In this document: in pieces, positions 25,656-38,542 of the stretch | Layout: each line of letters opens with the position of its first letter | How positions within the stretch are numbered: position 1 is the first letter of the stretch | Origin: Tubulanus polymorphus | Lineage: Eukaryota > Animalia > Nemertea | Assembly (NCBI RefSeq): GCF_964204645.1 | Contig: NC_134030.1 | Span: 17,692,210 to 17,756,209 of the forward strand | Length of the DNA: 64,000 nt | Direction: 5' to 3' | Notes under the pieces: model-generated | The model's database searches: none | What the model was told of the DNA's origin: nothing | Seen by the model: only the letters and a program-made list of their open reading frames with translations | Position numbers and translations under genes: made by a program

Positions 25656-26731
25656 TTTCTTATCATATCAATATTGCAATTCCTAAAATGCATGTTTTAA
25701 GGACCCGATACAAATAATACCTCGAACTAATTTTTGAAAATGCGTCCTGAGACTCAATGTCTTGTATTAACTACAAAACTGGAATCATGTAACCCGATTG
25801 ATTGAGTCTCAGGACTCAAAGCTCTTGATTTTGTATGTAAGATTCTGTTTTATGTGAACTAATAAATGTCATTTTTACTGTATTGTAGACGCGAATCAGT
25901 TGTTTTTGGCTATGGAGAAGTGTATTCTGTGTTTATATTCATATTGCAGGAATTAGGACTAAAAAGGGAACTAAAAAGAAATTCCCTTTTTATTTGGGAA
26001 GGCCTTATCTGTTTCTTGATACATAATTCTCCCGACAGATACAAATGTTACAAATGGAACAAAGTGTGTATTTTGTTTCTACAGCAGGGGAAGAATATTT
26101 CCAAAATTTCACAACTGGTACAATTAGTGTACTTTCTCTCTTCAGGTGAATAGTGGCAAAATATTAAAAATGGTACAAAGTGTATATTTCTATAGATTAA
26201 ATCGATTATATCATACCTTCGACCAGCGTGCGTGCATGCGTGTGCGTGCGTGTTTATTCCATTAATCGTGTCCTGTAACGGTGTGTATAACTGTAGAGCC
26301 GATATAGAAACACAAACTTGGCTTACATCGTATTGCAGTTTATTTGCTGAATTTATGGACACAAAATCACGATGTTTTAACCCCCTCCCCGTGTACATAT
26401 TGCACTAAACTGACTCTCCTTGTCCATCAGACAAAAAGCACAGGTTTTTTATTTACCTGATCATGTATTGTACACCTTGGACTACAATTTTTTTCATTTA
26501 ATAAATCATCTTAAAAACATATATGCGTAGGTGAAGAAGGTCCTTGTAATGCACTCAGTGACTTGTTCTGGTTTACAGGAAAGAAGCAGGAAAAGGGAGG
26601 ATGAAACAAATCGAACAATGTTCTGTTTCGCCCTCTCAACCTTTAACCAACTATCATTTTGAGCCAACTATCATTTTTTTATGATCACGACCTCTCGACC
26701 ATTGGCCTGAACCAACTATTATACAATAACT

Positions 26732-27897
26732 AATGATGATGAATATGATGATGATTTTAGTGGAAATAGTGATCATGAAGAATGTAAATATGATATTGAA
26801 ACAAATGAAAAATTAATAGATTATTTTTTAAGCTGCCGATAGGAAAGTAATTAAAACTAGAAAAGAAAGAAAATCCTATATTGAAAAAAGATTTATTAAT
26901 CATAAAACATAGTGTAACAAATACAGTTATTGATGAAATATTACCAAAAGATGTAACATATAACATTGAACCAGAAGATATTTCAGAACATATTAGAAAA
27001 GATGATCAATTTTTCATGTCTAATTTAGAGTTTAAAATGATTCCTGGGTTTATAATCTTGTATTTATATTATCTAAAATGGGGCAAGAAGATCTGTTCCA
27101 TCCTGGAATGTTAGCAAGATCTACAATTGAAACATCAAAAGGTGGTACAGAATTTATCAGAATTATATGGAATGCAGTCGAAAAAGTTAATGAAGAAGAA
27201 CCAATTAAGAATATTGATATTAACAAATATTCACCATTTAAAAATCCAAATCTAAATCCTTTTGATGTTGATCCAGAAATGGAAGAGTATGGAGATCGAT
27301 TAGATAAATTAAGAACTTCAACAACAGAAACATCGAGAAGAGACACTCAACCAGTTAGTAATGATTCAATTACAAGTAGTAATAGAAAAACAAATTGATA
27401 GACTAAATAATTCAGAAGAACCGATAAATAATACTTTAGATACATCTGGTACTGGAACCGAAAAAAAATCAAATGTAACTTTTATTAGAAAAAGGATTTA
27501 TTGATTTAACTGATGAAGATTTAGAGACATTTCCTGAACAAGCACGTAGAAAAATTAAAGGTTTACAAAAATCACCTGATAAAATTGCACACGATGAAAT
27601 GATAAGCGATCAAAAAATTTATATTTTATAAGATGAATTAACTAAATCAAGAAAAAAATTATAACAATTAAGTGTGATTTAGAGTAATTGATCAAGTAAT
27701 TGATGAAATTGAATATAGACAAAAAGAATTAAGTTTAGAAAAAGAAATTGATGATTTAAAAAATTAATTTAGAATTACAGAAAGAAGAAAAAGATTTATT
27801 ATTATAAAATCATATGATTATAATATTAATAGATAAAAAGTTATTTTTAAAGATTTGTTAATTAAACCAAATTCTGAAATATCATTGAAAGATGAAT
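26732..27897 (+). pseudogene. Decayed, intronless, very A-rich coding sequence; possibly of Polinton-like/viral origin
   Basis: Consecutive frameshifted coding blocks (includes ORFs 26881-27114 and 27078-27398, then ...FIDLTDEDLETFPEQARRKIKGLQKSPDK... and ...IDEIEYRQKELSLEKEIDDLK). Composition resembles the Polinton-like segment at 38543-40150. No family motif recognised. Confidence 0.5.
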
Positions 27898-28819
27898 GTC
27901 AGAAAACCCTAATTAGTTATAACTTAGTTTGCATTGAGTGTACTGATATCAGTTCATCTGGTGTACATGAATAGACCTTTGTTAAAATTGAATTACTGAT
28001 CGATTAACTTTTATCGAGCTTAAACCACAGTGTTATCGCCGTGATATTGATTCATGCGATTTTCAACGCTCGTACACTTGTAAAGCAATACCATAATGGG
28101 CTGAGCTCGCTCACCGTTAATCTTGGCTGTATTTAACCGTTGTTCCATTACTTTTCGAATACTTATCTGAATAGTAAGCACTTGTTCAACTCTTCTTGAT
28201 CATTATTCCTGGTTTCTCAACCTGCACTATTTTTGCTTTTGTCCGTCCATTATCTCCTATTCAAACTTGTATAAGTTGTCAAGTATTCTTAGAATGTTGG
28301 TCATTCGAAATAAAGCTATAATACAGTCCATGTCTACGTCGTCGTTGTAACTGTTATTAGTAGATGTAGGGATTTTCGTGCTCCCCCTACACACAGTTTC
28401 TAATTTCATTGCATAATTTACATGATAAAAAGAAAAAAATATATAATTCCCATTAGACTAGCAAGAACAATTTTAAGATATATGTCTAATCTAAAGCAAA
28501 CGGAAACTGTTTATCCAAAGCGAAATTGAAATGTCACCCAGCCCTCTACATCCCCGATTATAGCTCTAATACAAATACATATTTTCATAAAAAACTTGGT
28601 AAAGAACCTTAATGAACAGTGTTAATCAACCGTAAATACAGTAAATACCAAGGTAAAAGTGATTAATTGATTACGTTAATGATTTCCAGTGATAATATAT
28701 TTAATTGGTATTTGTGAGTTCTTATCACTCACTCACATCCATATGTGTTTGAATGTTTTCTAATAACTACTTAACCCAAACGTAATTATCTAATTTAATT
28801 AATTCAATTACAATAGAAC

Positions 28820-30157
28820 ATGGCAGAATTCATTAAAACAGGGAAAAGCGTATTTAAGCTATGTCTAAATACCTACATGGACGTAAAGAAATATACTACA
28901 CAAAAAGCAAATAAGATGGAACAGTGTGAAAAACAAAACTGATGGGTGTCGTGGTGCTATTATAACAGATCAACAAATGGAAAATCCGATGGAAACAGTG
29001 TACCATAACGATGTCGTCGATACCACTGCTGTAGCAGCCACCAAAACAAGATCGACTTGGCGATGAAGAAAATCACATCAGATGCAACCGCAAATAATCC
29101 AGTCCAAATATATAGCAGGGTTATGGTAGAAGTTGATGATAGTGGTGCCAGGGCTCGAATGGCAAGGGAAGAAGTTTGCAAAAGGTCAACTCGTCGTGAA
29201 AAAAGGAAGAATCTACCTCAAGAAACTCGAGGAACTAGTCATCGAAAGAAAAAGGGCTTCTACCTCCCTTGACGATGGACAAGACGAACGATTTTAACTT
29301 TACGACAACAGAACCGCAGAACGGTGGCGAATAGCAATATTTGCAACCGAAAATGGTATTGGGAAATTTGGAGAAGCAAGAGCATGGTTCATGGAAGGAA
29401 CCTTTTCGATGGCCCCACCATTATTTGAATAGGTTTCTACGTCATTCGGGTGCCACTCGTAGAAACTGCAATTAGAGCCGCGTATTGTCTAATAAGAGAG
29501 AATTTACAGAGAAAATGAATTTACTGCAAGCTAAAAACCTCGGATTTAAAGATTTTGGCGCTAAAAAGAATACGTTATCTCAAGAGTGAAAACAAGAGAC
29601 ATTCTGAATGACAAGAGACATTGCTTTCGTACTCATTACATTAAGTTTGTAAGAATTGTTCTCTATTTCGATTTTGTAGGTAAGAAGAGAGGGGGAAACA
29701 CGGGAGTTCTTTCCAGATCCGGAGTTTATCATGGCAGACTTTGAAAAGGCAGTTCCAAAACGCCGTGTACACTGCATTCGATGGTCTAGTTGAAATAAAG
29801 GGGTGCTTTTTCATCTCACGCAGTCAACATGGAGGAAAATACAACAGTTTGGGGCTAACACAATTGTACAAAGAGGATGATGCACGTACAAACAATATTT
29901 GCGTATCGTGGAACTGCAACTTTTTTGATATCGTTTGGCATCATCATCCCTCAATTTGGCGAACTCCTGCTAGCTTTCAACAGGACAATGCGTCGGTTTC
30001 GGCGGCAATTGCACAGGATAATATCGGACAACGCCCAACCAAACGAGTACGCCGCAATTATGTCGACCTTCAACTCCATTTGAAAAAACTGTGTGAAGAT
30101 TATAATACTGAAAAAGGGAATTTCTTCGTGGGATCGGGTATAATATGCGGCTATTAA
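28820..30157 (+). pseudogene. Mutator-like (FLYWCH + MULE DDE) transposase pseudogene
   Basis: Frameshifted translation: MAEFIKTGK...KLCLNTY...IRW...CRGAIIT...HN (FLYWCH-like); RIAIFAT...WFMEGTFSMAPPLFE*; IMADFEKA..NAV...IKGCFFHLTQS..RKIQ..GL...Y; RTNNICVSWN...HHHPSIW. Confidence 0.85.
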
Positions 30158-31007
30158 TTAAACTTATTATAATATCAAATGTATATTATATCAACTTATC
30201 AGTCATTCTGTGTTATTATTGAAAATAACTTTGTATGATCATTATTATCATTTAAATTATCTACTTTTTTATCTTCGTAAAAGAATCATCTGTGCTGCAG
30301 ATTATGTGACTTTCTTTTTCTGTACATTGATTTCTATGTTCAAAACACTTGAAAGTCATAAATGAAATGAAATATTTCTTGATAAAAAAGTATGCATTGC
30401 TAAGTGATTCTTGTTTAATAAAGTTGTCTTTGTTTCTATCTATCTATATCACTTAAGTCTAAGAACTAATTTCCTTGCAATGAAAGGTGAACAGAAATCA
30501 GCAGCTGCGCACTGAGATGTAATCAATAATTAGTGTCTATAACTTATTATTAGATTGGATCAAAGGCCCAGGGGTATATTGAATTCAACACATAATCAAG
30601 TACGGGTGTCCTTAAATAATTGAACAACGAAATAACATAACTTGTATTCCATACATCCACATTCCTGAAATACTAGAATTGGATATTTCACAATGAACAA
30701 TGCATTTTGTACAACGTGTACCAATTAAATGTATCAATATTGATATTTAATCTAGTGATATGTTTATTTTGCGCACAATAGTAAACTATTACACAATCTG
30801 AGTAAATTGTCAATTTTGAGAATTGATTTTCTATTCAATGTTCACAATAAATCTCTCCAATGAAAAGTAGTTGAGATAAAGACTTTAATGATTTCCTGAC
30901 AATGAAGTTGAATTAATTTTCCAATACGCGAGAAGATGCGTAAGATCGGGAACATTCTCAGACAGTCGGTACACACTCAAAGAGTCAGCATCTCGGCCTC
31001 GTGAATC

Positions 31008-31949
31008 ATGAATTCAACTCAGATTCTAATCGGTGGAACTTATAGCAGTCATATTGTTATCATGTCTGTGGTGAATAGGTCTGGAACCTACCGTACTGTG
31101 TCACTGGTCATTCTGCCCATCGTGTTCTTTTTAGGAGCCTTCGGCAATTCGGCTACTTTCCTGATAATGATAAGTCGTAGATTCCGCAGTTTATCGTACG
31201 CTAACTATCTAATCGTTTTGTCTCTCAGTGATTTTATGTACTGTATAAATTTCACTTTGATGCCTGTTTTGCAGTTTGTTTTCTTGTACGTTAAGGACGG
31301 TCCTATATTCGTGATGAATTCACAGATCAGTTGTCAAATATATGAATTTGTAATGATACTAGCAGTGAACAATAGTTCGTGGTTAATCGTAGCGATATCT
31401 CTAGAACGTGCGGCAGTTGTTCTCTTCCCGTTCACATCTCGTTTGATATGTACACCTAGATTCGCTAGATCTGCTATATTGATAAATACTGCAGTGAATA
31501 TACTGGTTAGTATCACACCCATTTTTTCGATGCATGATACCGACAAGTTTTCAGGATGTTACTATGACTTATTTAAGCGAGCAAAATATTTCTCTTTGAT
31601 TGTTATCTACATTAACTTCCTACCATTAATTCTGATTATAACATCAAATTCTGTAATAATAATTCAGTTATTCGGAGGTTCAAAAATTGTTTCGTCTGAT
31701 CAGAAAACTACAAAATCAAAACGAACAACAATAATGCTTGTAACAGTTTCACTAGCATTTGCAATATTAACACTACCGTCAACTATGACGACATTTTTAC
31801 CAACAGAATTAAGAGAATTTCTCTTGGATATCTTCACACAATTCCACGTTTTTAACTATGTTGTCAATTTCTACATATATCTTATACTGGGACGAGAAAT
31901 ACGTAACTTTTTCTGTATGAAAATCCGCTGTAAAAATTCGGTCAAATGA
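31008..31949 (+). CDS. Single-exon rhodopsin-class (family A) GPCR, FMRFamide-receptor/GPR139-142-like lineage-expanded type
   Basis: Intact 313-aa ORF with seven hydrophobic segments: TM1 GAFGN, TM2 LSLSD, Cys before TM3, SSWLIVAISLERA..V.FP (DRY variant), ECL2 Cys, TM5 Pro, TM6 F..L..P, TM7 NYVVNFYIY. Confidence 0.93.
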   Translation: MNSTQILIGGTYSSHIVIMSVVNRSGTYRTVSLVILPIVFFLGAFGNSATFLIMISRRFRSLSYANYLIVLSLSDFMYCINFTLMPVLQFVFLYVKDGPIFVMNSQISCQIYEFVMILAVNNSSWLIVAISLERAAVVLFPFTSRLICTPRFARSAILINTAVNILVSITPIFSMHDTDKFSGCYYDLFKRAKYFSLIVIYINFLPLILIITSNSVIIIQLFGGSKIVSSDQKTTKSKRTTIMLVTVSLAFAILTLPSTMTTFLPTELREFLLDIFTQFHVFNYVVNFYIYLILGREIRNFFCMKIRCKNSVK

Positions 31950-32248
31950 CCATTGATTAATGGATGGATTGACTGCTGATGTGATCAGCTAGTTTTTCAG
32001 AAACATGTGATCAGCTAGTTTTTCGGGACGCGTTCGGGAGAGTTTTAACTTAAAAAAAACTGACAAATTTTTCTTTGGACGTGCGCAGAAAATGGAAATG
32101 ATGAGAAACAAGCTGATTATTTTTTGCGTGCGGCCTAAACGAAATTGCAACATGCCCTAAAGAGTTTATTCCTGAATGCAAAATCCTTACTGAACGAGCT
32201 GATGCTTTATGTACGCAGACCACGTGCGTGATTATTAACGAATCGAGA

Positions 32249-32298
32249 GGCGCAGTGGCCGAGTGGTTAAAGCCGCCGGTCACTGAGTTCAAACCCTG
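32249..32298 (+). mobile_element. tRNA-derived (SINE-head-like) fragment with A and B boxes
   Basis: ggcgcagtggccgagtggttaaagc (A box, D-arm-like) then gagttcaaaccc (B box). The anticodon arm is missing, so this is not a tRNA gene. Confidence 0.6.
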
Positions 32299-32371
32299 TT
32301 TTTCGGTCGAAGGTTCTTATCTGGTCTCTCCCCGTTGGGAGAAAAGAAACATCGAACCCGCTTAATATCGA

Positions 32372-35300
32372 TTCAAGATGGCGGCTAGCTGGTAGTACCA
32401 TGTAGATCTCTCCTACAAAAGTTATTTTCTGTGGTTCCTACACCACACATACCATTCTGGACTATAACGGACTAAAAGTCCATACAAAAGTTAGCGAGCT
32501 CAGATAACTTTTGCTGAGCTAGGTCTTCAGAAAACTAGTAGTTTGAATACTTTGGACACTTCCAAATCTAGTAAAGTTGGTACGTGGTATATTTGACAAA
32601 ATTTGCTAAATTAAACTTCTCGACAGTAACCGTGTGATCGTGAGAAAATCGTCACCCATGGAATACGTCAACAGCAACATAATCGATCGACATAATGGCG
32701 AACAACATGAACGTAACTCCCGACAATAGAGCTACCGACCCAAGGCTAGGGGATAAACGACGCCTTCTCCATCGAAGTCCCGAATCATGCGACGGTGGGT
32801 CACGTGACAACCTAAACATTGACACAGGAAGTATAATCACCCGCCATGTAACTAACGATGCGTGTAAGAGAATCCAAAATTGACCAAATGTTCCAAACTC
32901 TCTTAGACAAGATGAGCGTTCTCCCGGACACAGCAAAGTAAACGATATATCCAGTTCGATGGCCAATCTCTCGAAAAGGGTGTTAATGGTTGAAAATGAA
33001 ATCACGGCGACAAAAAACTCTGTGATCAATACCCGTGTTGAAAACGATATAATCCGTCGAGATATGCGTGAAAATACAGACACACTTCAATCCGTCTTAA
33101 AAGAAAATCAAAAAATTATTTCCCGCCTCTTAAATTCTCCCGAGAATTACAACAGATGTGAAAATCTCATCGTTTACGGTGTACCGGAATCAAACCGGTA
33201 AAGCGAGAGGAATTATTGCTCGTTTTCGAAACTACCAGGACCGAGAAAAGGTACGAAGAAATGCCCACAATCTGAAAGGCTTTGGAATCTCAATCGGTGG
33301 AGATCCCTTAACGAAAGCAACAATAAAACAACTAATCCCAATCAAAAGAAAAGCTACAACATCTGGACGTAAAGCCTACGTAAACTGGGAAGGGAAACTT
33401 TACATCGACGGCAAACTGTTCAAAGGGAACGGCAGCGAATTCACCTGCGAACAGCCTACACCCCAGGCCCCAACTGCAGAAAATTCGCAAGAAAGAGACC
33501 AAACCGACCCGACACCGGGTTAGGATCCAAAAAGTGCGGTGATAAAAATATGCCATGTAAACATTCACCGCCTGTTCAACAGAAATAACAATGTCAGAAT
33601 TTGCAAACTTGCTACCCGACGTTCTCAACTTATTCAATAATAATGATATCGTGCTGATATCAGAAACACGGAATTCCGCCGAAACAGCGTCCAAACACCA
33701 GATGGATTCTCATTATTTTTAACAGACTAGAAAATATAAAATCGCGCGAAACGTAATTCTGGTGGTCTGCTTTTTTTTTACCAAAATGAACTGAAAGACG
33801 GGATAAAACTATGAAAATCCGATAACGCGGACTGTTACTGGATTAAACTTGATAAGACAGTTTCACGCCTGAACGAGGACACTTTTATATGTTTGGCCTA
33901 TGTATCGCCCGTTCATATCAGCCGCGCACAAGCGGATACAATGACTGTATGACGAACTGAAATTCTGGCGTATTCAATCGAAGGGAATGTACTTGTTCTC
34001 GGAGACTTCAATTCCAGAACGGCAAATAAATTAGGTCCCATTGGTAATAAAACAGATGCTAATGAAAATCTATTCAATAATAACAATTTGATATACTTAG
34101 AAAACGATATTAATCTTAGCATACAAAGAAGCTCATGTGATGAAATTTGCAACGATTATGGAAACGATCTATTAGAATTATGTAAAGTACCCAATCTGTC
34201 ATTCTTAATTAACGGAAAAGCGTTTAATGACAAAGATTTGGGTAAATTCACATGTTTCCAACCGAATGGAAACTGAGTACGTTGGACTATTACACAAAAT
34301 AAACTCAGATGCACTACGCATTATACATTATATAGATTACATTATATACATTATATAGATTTTGAAATCTCCGATTTAAATCATTTCACAGATCATGCCA
34401 CGGTTTTTGTTTCTATCGGTAAAAGCTTAGAACCACGGTACACTGACCACAGTTCTTTACATAGTAATCCAGAGTATAATGCCTTACCGGAGCGTATAAC
34501 CTGGAACAAACTAACACAGAACAGATTCTTAGAAACCGTTCAGAGCGATGATTTCATAAATCAACTAACCCACTGCATGGATAATCTAATCTATAAAGAA
34601 TCTCCTAATACAAATGTCGTCAACGAAGCTACTTATAATATAACCAATCTCTTATCGTCCGGGGGCCAGTTGCTCAAAGGTTGGTTAGAGTTAACTAGTG
34701 GATAATTGACATAGTGACAATTAAAAGTTCATTGTATCTATGGTAGCTATCCGCTGGTTATCTTTAACCAACTTTCAAGCAACTGGCCCCTGGTATGACG
34801 GAAACACTCGGCATGCGGGACCAATCAAACGCCGGATAAGACGTCGTTAATTTAATAGAAATTGCTCCATAGCCAGGAATAAATTTAGCAAAGCGAATGG
34901 TCTCTACCACAACCAACTCAATCTTAACAATTTACGAGACATACCAACCAAACGTAAGCGTTACAGAAAGACAATATCTATAGCAAAAATCCGCAACGAG
35001 AAAAAAGATAGCTAAAAAACTTAAAAATGCTTTATCTCAAAATGACACTAAGTCTTTTTGGAAGATTTTAAAATCATTTGAAACTCGACACGCAGATAAA
35101 AATGAGAACTGCCCAAACTTAGCTAAATTCGAAACTTTTTTTCGCGGAATAATTCAATCTGAATCACACGATGACATTGATCCTGATCCTTTGCTTAATG
35201 AAAATGATACGGAAACTATTAATATGCCTCACGATCTAGACATCCCCATAACTAGAGATGAAGTTTTAAGAACGATAAGAAATCTTAAAAAAAGGCAAAT

Positions 35301-36274
35301 CACCGGGTCTTGATAATATCCTACCAGAAATGCTTATAACTGCCACTGAAACCCTAACACCTCCGCTGACCATTTTTTTTTCAAAGTCATCCTTCAATCA
35401 GGTATTTACCCACAATATTGGAGCAGTGTCTGCATTACACCCATTCATAAGAAAGGGATGACTTCCGACCCAAACAATTATAGAGGTATCACCGTCTTGC
35501 GCTGCTTCGGAGATATATTTTTAATTATTTTGAATACACGCATTATACAACGGTCAGAGGCACATCAAGTATTAAATAATGCACAGGCCGCTTTTTGGCC
35601 AAATAATGGTACTATAAATCAATCCTTTGTATTATCTTCAATCATAGACCACTGTATAAAGAAGAAAATGAAAAATGCGTGTATGGCATTCGTAGATTTT
35701 TCTAAGGCCTTCGATTATTTGAACCACGGCATTCTCTGGGAAAAAGATTCTGGAAGCTGGTATCACTGGCAAAGTTTATAACATAACTGAATCTATGTAT
35801 ACAAACAGCGAATCATGTGTCAAAAACAATGGGTTCATATCTAGCTTTTTTGACTGCACCGTCGGCGTAAGGAAATGCGTTTGTATCTCTGCTGTACTTT
35901 TCAATATCTATATTAATGACATGGAAGAATTTTTTATAAACAATGGCCATCCAGGCATTGACTTTAATTTATTCAAACTATGTCTTGCTTTACGCCGATG
36001 ATACCGTCATTCTAGCCCAATCGCCCGGAGAATTGCAGGGTGCACTTGATATTCTGTATGATTATTGTAAAAAGATGAAACTATCTGTGAATTCTGCTAA
36101 GACATAGACAATGAAAATTGGGTTCCGCAGAAATAACCGTAACCCCCTTTTATGTTTTTATAACGATGTCCTACTGGAAGAGCTGTCAACCTTTCAGTAC
36201 CTTGGCATTACTATATCAAATAACGGCAAAATGTCTGCTGCAATCAAGTCGCAGGCCGATCAAGGTACAAGAGG
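32372..36274 (+). mobile_element. Decayed non-LTR retrotransposon (RTEX-like) with 5'UTR, ORF1 and APE-RT ORF2; 3'-truncated
   Basis: YY1-like caagatggcggc at 32374. ORF1 pieces (32695-33523) have a coiled coil plus ENLIVYGVPES / RGIIARFRNYQDREKV / LYIDGKLF (L1-type RRM-CTD). ORF2 pieces have APE motifs (LISET, GDFNSRT, LINGKAFNDKDLGKFTC, TDHA) and RT motifs (PNNYRGIT, FVDFSKAFD, LFNIYIND, YADD, FQYLG). Many frameshifts. Confidence 0.9.
34663..34789. mobile_element. Harbinger/Tourist-like MITE inserted in LINE ORF2
   Basis: TIR gggccagttgc / gcaactggccc with a near-palindromic body; 3-bp flanks cgg / ctg. Confidence 0.8.
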
Positions 36275-38542
36275 CGGTTCCTGAACTTCGCTGAAAAAGC
36301 TGAATATTGAAACGCTGAAATAAAAACGCTTAAATTTCAGGGAATTTCCGAAAAACGCCGAAATTTCAGGGAGTTCCCGAAAAACGCTGAAATCGTGCTA
36401 GGTACCGACAATACACGTTTTGAAATATTTTCCGGGCCAGTGTCCGCTGCCGAGCTCTGAACCGTGTTTTAGTCTCTACCTTCGGTTACAGAGACATGCA
36501 TGGACAGTATGTGTGGAGTATACTTCTAGAGGGCTACTTGTTGGACAAATTAATTCGCTTGAAATCCAGATTTTTAATGCATACAGGCAGCGTAATGAGG
36601 AAAACCCATTCACAAACCGTGCAAGCCAACTTAAACACTATGCTCAATATTCCCTGCAAGACGCAAAATATCTTATTTGAACGTTCATGTATAAAACATG
36701 GAGCAACTTTTCTTTTGTCAACACGTTGATGGGCGACGGACTATATGGTATTCTCTGAAGGAGGTAAATTAAATTTGACAGCTAGTTATATAAATGATGC
36801 AGCTTTTGGACAAAAGGGATCTAACCAAACTTCTTTTTAATTCACTGTGGAATGGAATGGAATGGATTGACGCCAATGGCATGCAGTAGGCCCCTACGTA
36901 TGGGTCATACTGATTAGCGTCAACCAATTGATCTAAATCGGGCAAACCATTCAACAACTGTGAATAATTTATTTGCTGTAGTGTGATAATGATTAATTTT
37001 TTTTTGAAGAAATGACATACCAACTGTTAGAAAAATGTACCGATTTTTTATTTTTAGACTACTACTGAATCTATAAAAGGAGGAGTCATAGACAAAGTTG
37101 ATTTGCTTAGCTGGAGACACTTCTTGTCGAGTACATCATCTCAAGTACTGGGTGTTTTGTAAGTTTAATTTCATTATTTATTTACAAAGTGCTGTTCCCT
37201 CGGACCTCAGTGCTTTCAAACTAGGCCCCACATAGGCTATATAGTTCAGGGTGTATTAGCCACTATTCTTTTATTTCCTACTTAAATGCACCTTTTTCTA
37301 TTTTTAGACTCGGGCTTAGAATGTGCAAATTTTTTGAGATACTGAGAAATCAGCTGGCACCAGTAAACTTCAACTGCGAAATTTGCAGCAGGATAGCTGA
37401 ACGACACAATTTTTTAAAAATAAAATGGCTATTCCTGGTACCAAATTTTTAGTCTTAAGCTAAGCGATATTCTAAGGTATGCTAGTGGATTTCATTAGGA
37501 TATGAAGCAATGGAATTAGAATTCTAGCACGAGTTAAGCGAACTATTGATTCTGATATAATGTAAGAACTGATTTCCTTTGTGTACTCTTGCACAATGTG
37601 TTATGTATTATTTCAAGCTGTTAAATAGTATAGACAAACGTCCGATTATTGGGTCTTTCTTGTTGACTCGTTTAATTTTGTGAGTTTAGAGTTCCAGTCA
37701 ATCCACAATGTGCAGTGCCTAGCCTTCATCTACACTAAAGCCAAGCCTGTGTATGGGAAAATGTCGTTCGACTCCTATAAGCCAGACAAATCAAAGCATG
37801 CAATACATTGCAGATAGTAGTCTCCAGCAAGTCGAAAGAGAAAGTAATCCAGGTTTTACCCCGTAGCCTAACCGGGAACAAAGACACTTAAAGACTCCTT
37901 CCTCCTTGTAGAAATTGTAGAAACATGGCACCCAATCGTAGCAATGCTAAGTACAGTATACTATGACGGTTAAACCTTTATTAACGAATTTCAATGACAC
38001 GGAAAATAGAATCAAAATAATCATAAGTTCCATGCTAGCACTTAATTTGAGTTATCAGGTTCAGCCTAACTGTACTTTCATTCAGCTACTCCTTGTATGA
38101 GACTTGGCAATGATAAGTTGCTAGAAATCACCAAACATAAGAAAAAGAATTGTGAATTAATATTACTACAATTAAGAATTTATTCAAATGAAGTGATAAC
38201 TTCATTGTTAGATCGTACCGGTATATGCACATAAAACTATGGGAAAAACATATCTGACAACCCACGCAATCCGCAATCGATCAAGTCGAAAATGGCGACG
38301 ACCTTAAGGCATGTCTCTGTAACCGAAGGTAGAGTATAAAACACGAAAAGGGATTCGGCAGCGGACACCGGCCCGGAAAATATTTCAAAACGTGTATCGT
38401 CGGTACCTAGCACGATTTCAGCGTTTTTTGGGAATTCCCTGAAATTTCGGCCTTTTTCGGAAATTCCCTGAAATTTCAGCGTTTTTATTTCAGCGTTTCA
38501 GCTTTTCAGTGTTTCAGCTTTTTCAGCGAAGTTCAGGAACCG
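36275..38542. mobile_element. Non-autonomous DNA transposon with ~225-bp TIRs (MULE-like; family uncertain)
   Basis: The left arm cggttcctgaacttcgctgaaaaagc...ctctaccttcggttacagagacatgc (36275-36499) is largely the reverse complement of 38309-38542. The TIRs contain gctgaaa/gaaatttcaggga subrepeats. No intact ORF and no clear TSD. Confidence 0.9.

Noticed and set aside
32249-32298. Functional tRNA gene
   Set aside because: The A-B box spacing is too short, and there is no anticodon arm or complete acceptor stem.
32652-33694. Minus-strand ORFs 32652-33083 and 33332-33694
   Set aside because: Antisense shadows of LINE ORF1/ORF2 with no independent coding features.
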